NCBI GenBank assembly: GCA_903877165.1
Contig: CAIRCU010000014.1
Span: 2,280-66,279, forward strand
DNA from: Methanobacteriota archaeon
GTDB lineage: Archaea; Thermoplasmatota; E2; DHVEG-1
DNA length: 64,000 nt
Direction: 5' to 3'
A model generated the notes under the pieces. It saw only the letters and a list, made by a program, of their open reading frames with translations, was not told where the DNA came from and made no database searches. Positions 40,056 through 48,617 of this stretch are shown one piece after another (the first letter of the stretch is position 1; every line of letters starts with the position of its first letter). A program made the position numbers and the translations under genes.

Positions 40056-40901
40056 ATGAGCCAGGCCGCTGAAAAGTATACTTGGGCGTACCGCCGCTAC
40101 CTCCTGATCCGCGGTCCAAAACACGGTCTCCCTAGACTTATCCAAGCAAGCTTCGCCACCGAACAGCGACTCCGCCATCACGATCTCGCCGCTTTCATGG
40201 AACACCCACCCACAAAACAAGCGCCACTCCTCTTCTACCCCGGCTGCTACGTCTACTCCCTAAAAACTGTACAAGCGACCAGGAAAGTCCTAGACCACAT
40301 CGGCACCTCGTACCAAATCCTCGGCGGCGTCTCCTACTGCTGCGGCCTACCCCATACTCTCCAAGGACGACATGCGGAAGCCCGCGAATGCGCGACGCGC
40401 CTCTCCGCAGCAATCGCCGCCGTTAACCCAAAGATCATCGTCACCTCATGCCTCGAATGCCTCGAAGCACTCCACCACCTCAAACAAGAAACGAGCGCAA
40501 CCTACGACGTCCTCCACGTCCTCGAATACATCCAACAACACCGAACACGGTTCCCCAATGTCCACAGCACCACCCCCCTCATCCTGCATGAGCCCTGCCG
40601 CTTCTCCAAATTCCCTTCAGTCAAAGCAGCCGCCGAGACACTCATCACATCCCTAGGGATAACCCTCCAGTTTCTCCCACCAGACACGCCCCGCTGCTGC
40701 CGACGCTGGCACCACGGCGACCCCGCGAACCACACTCAGCGAAGAACCATCGTCGACGCCACAGCCTCAGCCCACGCACGCCTCGTCTGCCCCTGCCTCA
40801 CCTGCCAAGAAGCCTTCAAAGAAATCTGCCCCACAGCCCCATTGCTTGACCTTGTCGACCTCTTCGCCCAAAGCCTCCAACCAAAGGAGATGACGCCATA
40901 G
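40056..40901 (+). CDS. CCG-domain (HdrB/GlcF C-terminal-like) cysteine-rich Fe-S protein
   Basis: FYPGCYVY...YCCGLP...CLEC is the first CCG domain. HEPCRF...CCRRW...CPCLTC is a degenerate second copy. Confidence 0.65.
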   Translation: MSQAAEKYTWAYRRYLLIRGPKHGLPRLIQASFATEQRLRHHDLAAFMEHPPTKQAPLLFYPGCYVYSLKTVQATRKVLDHIGTSYQILGGVSYCCGLPHTLQGRHAEARECATRLSAAIAAVNPKIIVTSCLECLEALHHLKQETSATYDVLHVLEYIQQHRTRFPNVHSTTPLILHEPCRFSKFPSVKAAAETLITSLGITLQFLPPDTPRCCRRWHHGDPANHTQRRTIVDATASAHARLVCPCLTCQEAFKEICPTAPLLDLVDLFAQSLQPKEMTP

Positions 40902-41590
40902 CAGACCAGCGGCACCGCTGCCTTCTCCTCTTCGTCAAATACCCACACCCAGGCAGCGTCAAACGCCGTCTCACCCCGCACCTCACGCCACAGACCGCAG
41001 CCGGCCTCTACCGCGCGTTCGTCGCCGACACCCTCACCACCGCCCGAAGCCTCACCATCCCGCTCATCGCCTGCTACGACCCGATAAATCCGAAAGAAGA
41101 CTACGCCGCCTGGCTCGGAGACGACCTCGACTGTTGGCCACAGACCGGAGACGACCTCGGCGCCCGCATGTACCATAGCATCACCCAGGCATTCACCGCG
41201 GGATACGACCCGGTCGTCCTCATCGGCAGCGACACCCCAGACCTCCCCGCCCCGATTCTCGAACAGGCCTACACCGCACTTGAATCAGCAGACGTCATCC
41301 TCGGCCCAGCCCTAGACGGCGGATACTACCTCGTCGGCTGCAACAAGAACCGGTTCCCACCCGCGATGTTCACCGGCATCCCATGGAGTACATCAGACGT
41401 CCTCACAACGACCCTTCACATCCTCAAACACCACCATCGTACCGTCGCCCTCCTCCCTACCCACCGCGACATTGACACCCCGGACGACCTCGCCGACCTG
41501 ATCCGCCGCCACCACAAAACTGCCTTTAAATCCTCACACACATTCACCTACCTCGTCAATCATCACCTCATGGAGGAACACCTCAGATGA
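40898..41590 (+). CDS. DUF2064 / TIGR04282-like rSAM/selenodomain-associated glycosyltransferase. The start codon is unresolved; 40898 is an ATA, and the first ATG is at 41168.
   Basis: Hand translation upstream of the track ORF gives the conserved family N-terminus LLLFVKYPHPGSVKRRLTP...AAGLYRAFVADTL...CWPQTGDDLGARM, continuous in frame with MYHSI...GSDTPDL...DGGYYLVG. Confidence 0.7.
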   Translation: MADQRHRCLLLFVKYPHPGSVKRRLTPHLTPQTAAGLYRAFVADTLTTARSLTIPLIACYDPINPKEDYAAWLGDDLDCWPQTGDDLGARMYHSITQAFTAGYDPVVLIGSDTPDLPAPILEQAYTALESADVILGPALDGGYYLVGCNKNRFPPAMFTGIPWSTSDVLTTTLHILKHHHRTVALLPTHRDIDTPDDLADLIRRHHKTAFKSSHTFTYLVNHHLMEEHLR

Positions 41591-42063
41591 AACCCACCAT
41601 GGAACACAAAAAAGACTTCACTATCACCATCTCCCGAGCATCGCTTCTCCTCTACACCGGCTTCATCGCTCTCGCCGCGGTCTCCCTGTACCTCGCCTTC
41701 GTCGAAGCAGACACCGCGTACACCGGATACATCTGGAAATACTCCACCCAGTACATCTACAAGACCGCGCTGTACGCCATCACCATGTTCATCGCCGCAC
41801 TCTTCCTCGCCCAGAGCAGCCTCCTCCTCATCAGACGCAGACCCTACGGCAGCATCCCAGGGCTCTTCGGCTGCCTCATCCTCGTCGCCTTCCCCGCCTA
41901 CCTCCTCGCCGTCGACCCAGAGCACGCGGTCCCCCTCGCCATCCTCATCATCCCCGCTCTCCTCTTCATCCTCTTCTGCATCCTACCTCTGAGGAAAAAA
42001 AAGCGGTCAGACGCGCCGCCAGAACCAGACCAGAGCAAGCAGCACGAACCCGGCGAACGCTAA
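41587..42063 (+). CDS. Hypothetical 4-TM membrane protein, last gene of the arsS operon
   Basis: 158 aa with four hydrophobic helices and a basic/Pro-rich tail. ATGA overlap with the upstream gene. Confidence 0.5.
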   Translation: MKPTMEHKKDFTITISRASLLLYTGFIALAAVSLYLAFVEADTAYTGYIWKYSTQYIYKTALYAITMFIAALFLAQSSLLLIRRRPYGSIPGLFGCLILVAFPAYLLAVDPEHAVPLAILIIPALLFILFCILPLRKKKRSDAPPEPDQSKQHEPGER

Positions 42064-42939
42064 CCCCGAGACCACGAACGCATCAAACTCTTCTTGAACA
42101 TCCTGACTGTTGCCCACGAACTCGTTCTGCCCTATCACCGTCCCGAACATGGGAGGCGGAAGATGCATGGCAATCGTGTTTGCCTCAAACCGATTCCCAG
42201 AAAGACGAGTATCTGAAGAATCCCGGATGTTCACACCACAGTACCCGTTCCGCGCGAACGTGTTGTTCACAATCGTATTATGGTTCGAATCCTCGTACAA
42301 GCCGCAGCCGTTGACCGGGTTGTCCGCGATCACGTTCCCCTGGATCCGGTTCCCTGAGGAATGAGGGAGATAAATACCGCACCGATGGTTCGCAAAGATA
42401 TGGTCCCTTTCGAAGACCGCACCCGAAGACCCCCACCACAAAATAGCCCCGTAGAAATTCTCCGTTGACGTCACATCCAGAACATGCGTCCCGTTCGCCC
42501 GCACAAGGAGACCCGTATCCGGGAACTGCAGACCGCTACCTTGGATCGTCAGGTTGCGGATCGTCACTCCATCCGCGGCAACAGTCACCACATTCCCCTG
42601 TCGACTCCCATTGATCACGGTCACGTTCTGGCCGCTCCCACGCAGCTCTACCGACTTGTTCAGCATGATCTGCTCATGGAAGACCCCGGGATAGATCATG
42701 ACGAGGCCACCGGAGGAAACCGTGGCCACAGCCGCCCGGATACTTGAGAAATTCCCTGGTCCGGTTCCGCCGACGAACACAACAGAAGTGCCACTGGCGG
42801 CAAGCGGATGCGATGCCAACCCAAGACTCAGCAAAACCAAGGACCCGACCAAGAACGTCTGGAAGACGGACTTCATCATAGAACGACACCTGCAATCACC
42901 ATAGCCAGACAAATAGTTTATTCCCCATGAGAATGCCAT
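42007..42939 (-). CDS. NosD-like beta-helix protein with signal peptide and C-terminal TM anchor
   Basis: GGTGPGNFSSIRAAV...MIY variant of the paralog motif, PbH1 repeats, and C-terminal VVSGLAFAGFVLLALVWFWRR. Confidence 0.7.
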   Translation of the reverse strand: MAFSWGINYLSGYGDCRCRSMMKSVFQTFLVGSLVLLSLGLASHPLAASGTSVVFVGGTGPGNFSSIRAAVATVSSGGLVMIYPGVFHEQIMLNKSVELRGSGQNVTVINGSRQGNVVTVAADGVTIRNLTIQGSGLQFPDTGLLVRANGTHVLDVTSTENFYGAILWWGSSGAVFERDHIFANHRCGIYLPHSSGNRIQGNVIADNPVNGCGLYEDSNHNTIVNNTFARNGYCGVNIRDSSDTRLSGNRFEANTIAMHLPPPMFGTVIGQNEFVGNSQDVQEEFDAFVVSGLAFAGFVLLALVWFWRRV

Positions 42940-42992
42940 AACCTTTTTGTCACAGGAGTCTATACCAAGTGAAACCTTCAGGAGATTCTTGA

Positions 42993-43328
42993 ATGAAGAC
43001 CGTAATTGTTCTGCATAGTGACATCCTCGGTCGAGGGGACGACAAGCTCGGCGCGATGATGATGGGTAACTTCCTACGAAAACTCTGGGCGAACTCGCAG
43101 AAACCGGACGCGATCATTTTCTACAACACCGCGGTGCGGCTCCTGCTTCAAGGCTCTGCGGTGCTCGATGCTCTCACCGGCCTTGCCGACTCCGGCGTGG
43201 ACCTCATCGCCTGCAGCACCTGCATCAACTACTTCAACGTGAAAGCGGACTTGCGTATCGGGCGCATAGGGGAGATGCCGGAACTCGTATCTGTTCTCAT
43301 GGGCTCAGAAAAGGTTATAACCCCCTGA
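42993..43328 (+). CDS. DsrE-like protein equivalent to the C-terminal domain of selenium-metabolism protein YedF (TIGR03527-like), stand-alone
   Basis: 111 aa. The blocks G.GDDKLG...M.NFL, P..IIFYNT.V.LL..GS, L..L...GV.L.AC.TC.NY and the terminal KVITP match the YedF C-terminal pattern. No TusA/SirA-like N-domain is present. Confidence 0.65.
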   Translation: MKTVIVLHSDILGRGDDKLGAMMMGNFLRKLWANSQKPDAIIFYNTAVRLLLQGSAVLDALTGLADSGVDLIACSTCINYFNVKADLRIGRIGEMPELVSVLMGSEKVITP

Positions 43329-43393
43329 GCATCATTAGAAGGAGTACAGCAAACTACTTGAATCATAACCGTATTTGTGGCAAAACGGGCCAA

Positions 43394-43465
43394 GCGGATA
43401 TGATCTAGTGGTTATGATATCGGCTTCCCAAGCCGGTCACACGGGTTCGAATCCCGTTATCCGCA
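43394..43465 (+). tRNA. tRNA-Gly (anticodon CCC), no encoded CCA
   Basis: Hand-folded. Acceptor GCGGATA/TATCCGC, anticodon arm TCGGC-TTCCCAA-GCCGG, T arm ACGGG-TTCGAAT-CCCGT, discriminator A. Confidence 0.88.
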
Positions 43466-43510
43466 TGAGCAGCAACTTTTGCGGGGGAGAAACATAGAAG
43501 GTGGTAGAGC

Positions 43511-43717
43511 ATGAAAATAAGCATTAGTGTCGGCGATCGCGTGCAGCTTGTTTTTATGAACGATACGCTGACGAAACTGCGGCCAGGCGACAAGGGCACC
43601 GTGGCCGACATCAACACCCAGGCTGATGAGGAGACCCTTATCTGGGTGAATTGGGACAACGGGGAACGCCTCGCGCTCCTTTCCGAGACCGACAAGTACA
43701 AGGTCGTCCGCGGGTAA
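43511..43717 (+). CDS. Small conserved hypothetical protein (DUF4314-like)
   Basis: 68 aa with GD.V.L......L.PGD.GTV..I........I.V.WDNG..L.L pattern. Assignment is from memory of the family only. Confidence 0.45.
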   Translation: MKISISVGDRVQLVFMNDTLTKLRPGDKGTVADINTQADEETLIWVNWDNGERLALLSETDKYKVVRG

Positions 43718-43739
43718 CTCCCTCCCCTCCTTTCTTTTT

Positions 43740-44765
43740 CTAAAAGTCGAACAGGTTCCGTTGTTTGAGTACATACTCTGCTTTCTGGAATTTCTCCAAC
43801 GCCGGCGTGACCCGTGCCTGGGAGAACTGGTGCTCTTCACATAGGACTTGTAGTACTTTACTCGGGTCGGGCGACGTCCATTTGATAGTGTAGTCGGTAG
43901 TAACCGGGGGCTGTAGAAACATCGAGCGAATCGTGGCGATCTCTTCGCTTGGCAGCGTGATCTCCGGATGCGCCTGCAGCATCTGCTCAAGAGATCCATG
44001 TTCTTTGATAGCTGCGAGGCTTTTCTTCGGACCGTAGCCTTTGATACCGTCGTTGAAGTCTGTGCCGAGCAGGATGGCGATGTCCACGAGCTGCTCGCGG
44101 GTGATGCCGTTGGTGGTGAGTCCTTGGTCGAGGCGCAGCAGTTCAGGAAGGACGGTGACATAGGCTTGTTTTCCTGGGAGTTTGCGCCGCTCCGAGGATG
44201 TCAGATTCCTGATCAGCAGGGAGGCGCCGAAGAGAAGGCAGTCGAAGTCCTGCGACCCGGCTGCGTACGCATGTCCCTGCTGGACCATGAAGGAGGCCTG
44301 GGCTTCGCCTTCGGAGGGTGCCTGGACGAACGGGATGCCGAGGGCGAGGAGCAGTTCTTTGCTTTCCGTGAGGATCTCGTCGGTGAGCCGCGAGGTCTGG
44401 GAGGCTTTGGATTTAGCGGTGGCGAGGTCGCCTGCGGCGAGGGCTTCTTGGTAGTCGCGCTCTGCTTGTTCCTTGCGTTTGCGGCGCTCCGCGATGGTGC
44501 GTGCCTTGAGTGCATGTGGTGGTCCGTCGAAGACGTACACGGGCCTGATGCCGGCTTCCACGAGGTTGGAGGTGCGGAAGAGCAGGCCTGAGAGGTGCGA
44601 GGTGATGTGGCCGCTGGCGTCCTTGAGCGGGGTGCCGTCACGCTGGCGGATGATGGCGAGGAACTGGTGAATCACGTTATAGGCGTCGATGGCGATGATG
44701 CGTCCGCTGAAATCCTGGTAACTGCAGGGTTGTTTAGGGAAGAGGTCCCCGAGGTCGACTCCCAT
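43740..44765 (-). CDS. fen: Flap endonuclease 1
   Basis: MGVDLGDL N-terminus, IAIDAYN..HQFL, VFDG.PP..K, QAPSEGEAQ, SQDFD.LLFG, and a C-terminal PIP-like QRNLFDF. Confidence 0.93.
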   Translation of the reverse strand: MGVDLGDLFPKQPCSYQDFSGRIIAIDAYNVIHQFLAIIRQRDGTPLKDASGHITSHLSGLLFRTSNLVEAGIRPVYVFDGPPHALKARTIAERRKRKEQAERDYQEALAAGDLATAKSKASQTSRLTDEILTESKELLLALGIPFVQAPSEGEAQASFMVQQGHAYAAGSQDFDCLLFGASLLIRNLTSSERRKLPGKQAYVTVLPELLRLDQGLTTNGITREQLVDIAILLGTDFNDGIKGYGPKKSLAAIKEHGSLEQMLQAHPEITLPSEEIATIRSMFLQPPVTTDYTIKWTSPDPSKVLQVLCEEHQFSQARVTPALEKFQKAEYVLKQRNLFDF

Positions 44766-44828
44766 ATATCCGGCTGGAAACGTCTCTGGTGATTTAGTCC
44801 TTTTTATATCTGCAGCGATAGTTTTAAG

Positions 44829-44840
44829 GAAACGCGTTTC
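44829..44840. promoter_or_regulatory. Perfect 12-bp palindrome GAAACGCGTTTC between a TATA-like box and the argF start (candidate operator)
   Basis: Read directly from the sequence. TTTTTATATC lies about 30 nt upstream, and the argF ATG is 15 nt downstream. Confidence 0.3.
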
Positions 44841-44854
44841 GTTCCCCTTTCTCG

Positions 44855-45778
44855 ATGAAACGAGATCTTGTATCCATGCTTGATCTTCAGGATGATTTGA
44901 CCGATATCATCGATCTGAGCATCCGGTTGAAGAAAGACTCGAAGAAAGGGAAATCCATCCAGATGCTCAAGGGCAAGACGCTGGGGATGATTTTCGAGAA
45001 GCCCAGCACCCGGACTCGGGTGTCGTTTGAGGTGGGGATGACGCTGCTTGGCGGTCATGCAATCTATCTGAACACGAACGACATCCAACTGGGTCGCGGG
45101 GAGAGCATCGAAGACACCGCGCTCGTGCTATCACGGTACGTAGATATGATTATGTATCGAGCGAAGAAGGCGGAGGCGGTCCATGAGCTCGCACAGTATG
45201 CGACAGTGCCGGTGATCAACGGGCTTGACAACCGCGAGCATCCCTGCCAGATCGTCACGGATCTGATGACCGTGCAGGAGCACAAGGGACACCTCAAAGG
45301 TCAGCAGTTCGTGTACATCGGCGATGGGAACAACAACATGGCGCACTCCTATCTGCTCGGGTGCGGCATCGCCGGGATGGACATCCGGATCGTGACGCCC
45401 AAGGCGTATCAGCCTGACTCGTTTTTCGTTGATGCGGTGAAGAAGATGGGTGTTGCGGTCGAGGTCACAAATCAGATGAGCCAGGCTACGCGTGGTGCTG
45501 ATGTGGTCGCGACGGATACGTGGGTGTCGATGGGCGATGAGGCGGAGAAGGCGAAGCGTATCCTAGAGTTCAAAGGCTTTACCATTGATGAGAAGGTGAT
45601 GGGTCAGGCGAAGCCAGACGCGGTGTTCCTGCACTGCCTGCCCGCGTATTACGGGTACGAGGTGACGAAGGAGGTCGCGCATGGGCCGCAATCCGTGATT
45701 TTCGATGAGGCGGAGAACAGGCTGTGGGCGCAGATCGGCATCATGGTGACGCTGGCGGGGTCGTGTTCTCGTAGTTGA
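44855..45778 (+). CDS. argF: Ornithine carbamoyltransferase
   Basis: The FEKPSTRTR carbamoyl-phosphate motif, the HP.Q motif (EHPCQ) and the HCLPA motif. 307 aa. Confidence 0.92.
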   Translation: MKRDLVSMLDLQDDLTDIIDLSIRLKKDSKKGKSIQMLKGKTLGMIFEKPSTRTRVSFEVGMTLLGGHAIYLNTNDIQLGRGESIEDTALVLSRYVDMIMYRAKKAEAVHELAQYATVPVINGLDNREHPCQIVTDLMTVQEHKGHLKGQQFVYIGDGNNNMAHSYLLGCGIAGMDIRIVTPKAYQPDSFFVDAVKKMGVAVEVTNQMSQATRGADVVATDTWVSMGDEAEKAKRILEFKGFTIDEKVMGQAKPDAVFLHCLPAYYGYEVTKEVAHGPQSVIFDEAENRLWAQIGIMVTLAGSCSRS

Positions 45779-46439
45779 CGAGGAGTTCTGAGACGACAGT
45801 CCAAGCGGCGAGCGTCTCCGGATAGATGGAGATCGTGTCGTTGACCATTTTGGAGATGTCCGTTTTCAGAGGGCCCGAGGGGAAGCCGCCGACGATGGCC
45901 GTAATCTTCTGTTTGTTTTGGTGATGGAGGCTGGTAAAATATTCGGGTAACCGGCTTGGGGTCCCAAGCTGGTCACAGACGAAGACATGGTCTGAGTTGA
46001 GTTCTTGTATCAGGGCGGGAAGGGTCTGCGGTTGTAATGAGAGGAGGGGTTTTGTGGGGTTTGGGACTGCGCCTTTGTCAAAGAGTTGTTCGAGGAGGCC
46101 AGCGAAGCGTTCTTCGTTGCGCATGATGCGGGTCTGGGGGTTGACCGTGATGACCTCGTCGTTGCGGGTATGGATGTAGACGCGCAGTCGGTCTTGTTTG
46201 TTGAGGATTGATTCGAGGGCTGTGAGGAGGATGAGGTGGGTGATGTCTGGTCGTCCTTGTCGTCTGCCTTCGGGGAGGGTGGCCATGGCCGCATGATGGA
46301 TGCTGGAGTTCAGGAGGAGTTTTGTGGCGGGTTTGCCTTTCTGCTTGGCGTATCGGTAGATGACGGGGTGTGATACGATGGCTGCTGGGATGCGTTCCAG
46401 TTCCGCTTCCGCGATGACGAGAATGAGCATGATATGCAC
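45741..46439 (-). CDS. nep1: rRNA small-subunit pseudouridine methyltransferase Nep1 (EMG1 family)
   Basis: LILVIAEAELE, GRPDITH..LL..L.S.LNK and a SPOUT-type C-terminus. 38-nt convergent overlap with the argF tail. Confidence 0.85.
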   Translation of the reverse strand: MHIMLILVIAEAELERIPAAIVSHPVIYRYAKQKGKPATKLLLNSSIHHAAMATLPEGRRQGRPDITHLILLTALESILNKQDRLRVYIHTRNDEVITVNPQTRIMRNEERFAGLLEQLFDKGAVPNPTKPLLSLQPQTLPALIQELNSDHVFVCDQLGTPSRLPEYFTSLHHQNKQKITAIVGGFPSGPLKTDISKMVNDTISIYPETLAAWTVVSELLVNYENTTPPASP

Positions 46440-46452
46440 CTACATGTGTTGT

Positions 46453-47520
46453 CTAGGAGAGGATGTCGGTGAGTTTGTTGTGGGCGACGGCGTACTTGAT
46501 CTCCTGGGCGATGCGCCGTCCGGTGGATAGATTCAGTTCGATGAGGTCAGAGTACGGCGATCCGCTGATGTACGGGTTGGTGCCGGCGACGATGCGCGCG
46601 GAGATCTCAAAGACCTTGAATTCCAAATCCTCGGTGACCACGGTCTCTAGGCAGAAGGGGCCGATGATGCCTCCGAAGAGTTCGAGTGATTTCTCGACGA
46701 CGGCTTCGCCCATCTGGAAGACTTTAGGGAGGAGTGATTCCCGCATGACGATGGGGATGTTGCCGGTGACGACGAAGGTCGGATGGATGCCGAGTTCCTC
46801 AAGCTCGGCGATGGAGCCGATGCGCTGGAGCTCGTCGATCGTGGTCTCGTCGCGGCGGTCCATCGACAGGAGTTGGAGGCTGCCTTTGCTGAGCTTGTAG
46901 CCGGTGTTCTGGAGAGGTGTGTAGAAGTAGTGTAGGTAGTAGCGGGTGCCCATGACGAACTCTTGGATGGTGTACGGGCGGTCGCGTTTGACGCGTTTGC
47001 TGAATTCGGCGAAGGTGCGTGCGATGAAGAAGCCTTTGCCGCCTTTGGCGCCGTGGTATTTGACGATGACGGGTTTGTCGATGTTGCGGGGGTCTTTGAT
47101 CTCCTTGGGCATGGTGAGGCCGGCGCCGTCGAGCCATTCGCGTTCTTTGTCTCGGTCGGATTCCCATTGGAGGACTTGGCGGTTGCCGAACGTTGGGACG
47201 TTGAAGGTGAGGAAGTTCTTGGCGCCGAGGTATTCGACGAAGGAGCCGTGCGGGATGACGATGACGTTTTTCGCTCGGAGTTCGTCCGCGTACTTCATGA
47301 GGTCCTTGTAGTTATCGACGGTGAAGAAATCGTCCGGCTTGCCTAAGGGAAACGCATCGTAGAACCGTTTGACTTCGCCGATGGCGAGGCCGAGGGTTTT
47401 GAATCCTTCCTTGTGCGCGCCGTTGAAGATCTGCAGGCTCGAGTGCGAGCAGACGGTGGCGATGGTCAGGTTCTTGGTGTCGTAGCTTGATAGCATTCCA
47501 GGTAAATCGATATCGACCAT
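46453..47520 (-). CDS. purP: 5-formaminoimidazole-4-carboxamide ribonucleotide (FAICAR) synthetase PurP
   Basis: 355 aa. N-terminal IATVCSHSSLQIF.GA..EGF and an ATP-grasp body. Archaeal-specific purine step. Confidence 0.9.
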   Translation of the reverse strand: MVDIDLPGMLSSYDTKNLTIATVCSHSSLQIFNGAHKEGFKTLGLAIGEVKRFYDAFPLGKPDDFFTVDNYKDLMKYADELRAKNVIVIPHGSFVEYLGAKNFLTFNVPTFGNRQVLQWESDRDKEREWLDGAGLTMPKEIKDPRNIDKPVIVKYHGAKGGKGFFIARTFAEFSKRVKRDRPYTIQEFVMGTRYYLHYFYTPLQNTGYKLSKGSLQLLSMDRRDETTIDELQRIGSIAELEELGIHPTFVVTGNIPIVMRESLLPKVFQMGEAVVEKSLELFGGIIGPFCLETVVTEDLEFKVFEISARIVAGTNPYISGSPYSDLIELNLSTGRRIAQEIKYAVAHNKLTDILS

Positions 47521-47610
47521 ACTTCGTCCTTAGCTCCCTCGTGAGGATAAACCCTGTGTATTTTTATCGGTTTCGCTTCAAGGAGGAGAAGGGCAGGTGC
47601 TGGATGTCTC

Positions 47611-48063
47611 TTATAACGTTCCTTTTGTCTTGGTTTCTTTTGATTTGAGAAGGCGGCTCACGGTTTCGAGGAATTTTTCCGATTTTTCGATGGCGTCGCG
47701 GGCTTCTCCTTCATCGATGTTTGAGCGTTCAAGGCCATAGAAGGATTCATGGCGTTCCAGGCGGTAGGTATCAAACCAATGAATCTTGTCTTGTCCTAAT
47801 TCTGACGAATGATTCTCTCTGAGATAGGCGACGACGCAGGCATGGCTTTTTTCAATGACACCATCGTGAAATAGAAGAGCTCTACCGGCTTGGAACATGC
47901 AGGTGTAGGATGCGACGATAGATTCTTCAAAGAAATTGCTTTCAATCAGCTCCAACGCACGCTCTTTTTTCACCTCGGCCATTTCAAGTGCTTTCATGAC
48001 CTTGAGTGGATCAGGTTTGACTCTTCGCAGAAGCCGTTTCTCGAAACACTCGTCTGCTCTCAT
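47611..48063 (-). CDS. HEPN domain protein (toxin of a HEPN/MNT pair)
   Basis: 150 aa, all-helical, with RLERH-type R-x-H motif near the C-terminal third. 4-nt ATGA overlap with the upstream MNT gene. Confidence 0.75.
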   Translation of the reverse strand: MRADECFEKRLLRRVKPDPLKVMKALEMAEVKKERALELIESNFFEESIVASYTCMFQAGRALLFHDGVIEKSHACVVAYLRENHSSELGQDKIHWFDTYRLERHESFYGLERSNIDEGEARDAIEKSEKFLETVSRLLKSKETKTKGTL

Positions 48064-48617
48064 TCGACCACCGGTTTCGTCCCAAAGAGGACGACCCCGT
48101 CAAGGATCACATCAAGATAGAATGCCCTATTGGTTTTTGCCTGTTGTGACCATTCCGAAGGGGTGAAGGAGATGAGGTTCACATCTCGTTTCAAGAGTCG
48201 TGCGAGCTCTGCTGTCGGTTTCTTCTCCGAAAGGGAAATCACCAGGATGTCCACGTCACTGTTCTCGTCGTTCTCACCTTTCGCATAGCTTCCGAAGAGG
48301 AGGACTGATGTGACCGTTTTCATGGTGTTTTGGAGGAAATCAACGAGCTTTTTCTTGTGTAACCATGAGAGATTGTAGGATATTTTCAGGTATCGACAGG
48401 CTGGATTCTCCAAGTTGGCTCGATAGAGGATTTGGTTTTTCTCCTTCGTTTTTATTAGTATTTCATCGTCGACGAATAACGTGAGTGCACGGCTGACGGT
48501 CATGGGGTCCATGTGTAGTATTCGGGCTGATTCTCGAAGGTAGTAGCTGGAGTGGGGCTGGTCGAAGAAGAGTTTGAGAACAGAAAGCTGTGTGATTTTT
48601 TGATACAGTTGTATCAT
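48060..48617 (-). CDS. Minimal nucleotidyltransferase (MNT) with N-terminal winged-helix domain (antitoxin of the HEPN/MNT pair)
   Basis: LLFGSYAKGENDENSDVDILVI (GS-x9-12-DxD NTase motif), preceded by an ~80-aa wHTH-like segment (YLRESARILHMDPMTVSRAL). Confidence 0.8.
   Translation of the reverse strand: MIQLYQKITQLSVLKLFFDQPHSSYYLRESARILHMDPMTVSRALTLFVDDEILIKTKEKNQILYRANLENPACRYLKISYNLSWLHKKKLVDFLQNTMKTVTSVLLFGSYAKGENDENSDVDILVISLSEKKPTAELARLLKRDVNLISFTPSEWSQQAKTNRAFYLDVILDGVVLFGTKPVVE

Noticed and set aside
40899-40901. TAG at the end of the CCG-domain gene considered as a pyrrolysine read-through that would fuse it to the DUF2064 gene.
   Set aside because: Reading through in frame 0 gives Ser/Thr/Pro-rich nonsense and hits TAA after about 80 codons. 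The DUF2064 sequence is in a different frame. TAG is also used as an ordinary stop by several genes here (15905, 25008, 27379, 28812).
42007-42063. 57-nt convergent 3' overlap between the last arsS-operon gene and the TM-anchored NosD-like gene. Similar overlaps occur at argF/nep1 (45741-45778) and rfcL with the 27379 gene.
   Set aside because: Tail-to-tail overlaps of this size are common in compact archaeal genomes. Either stop could be the genuine end, so no regulatory meaning can be inferred from sequence alone.
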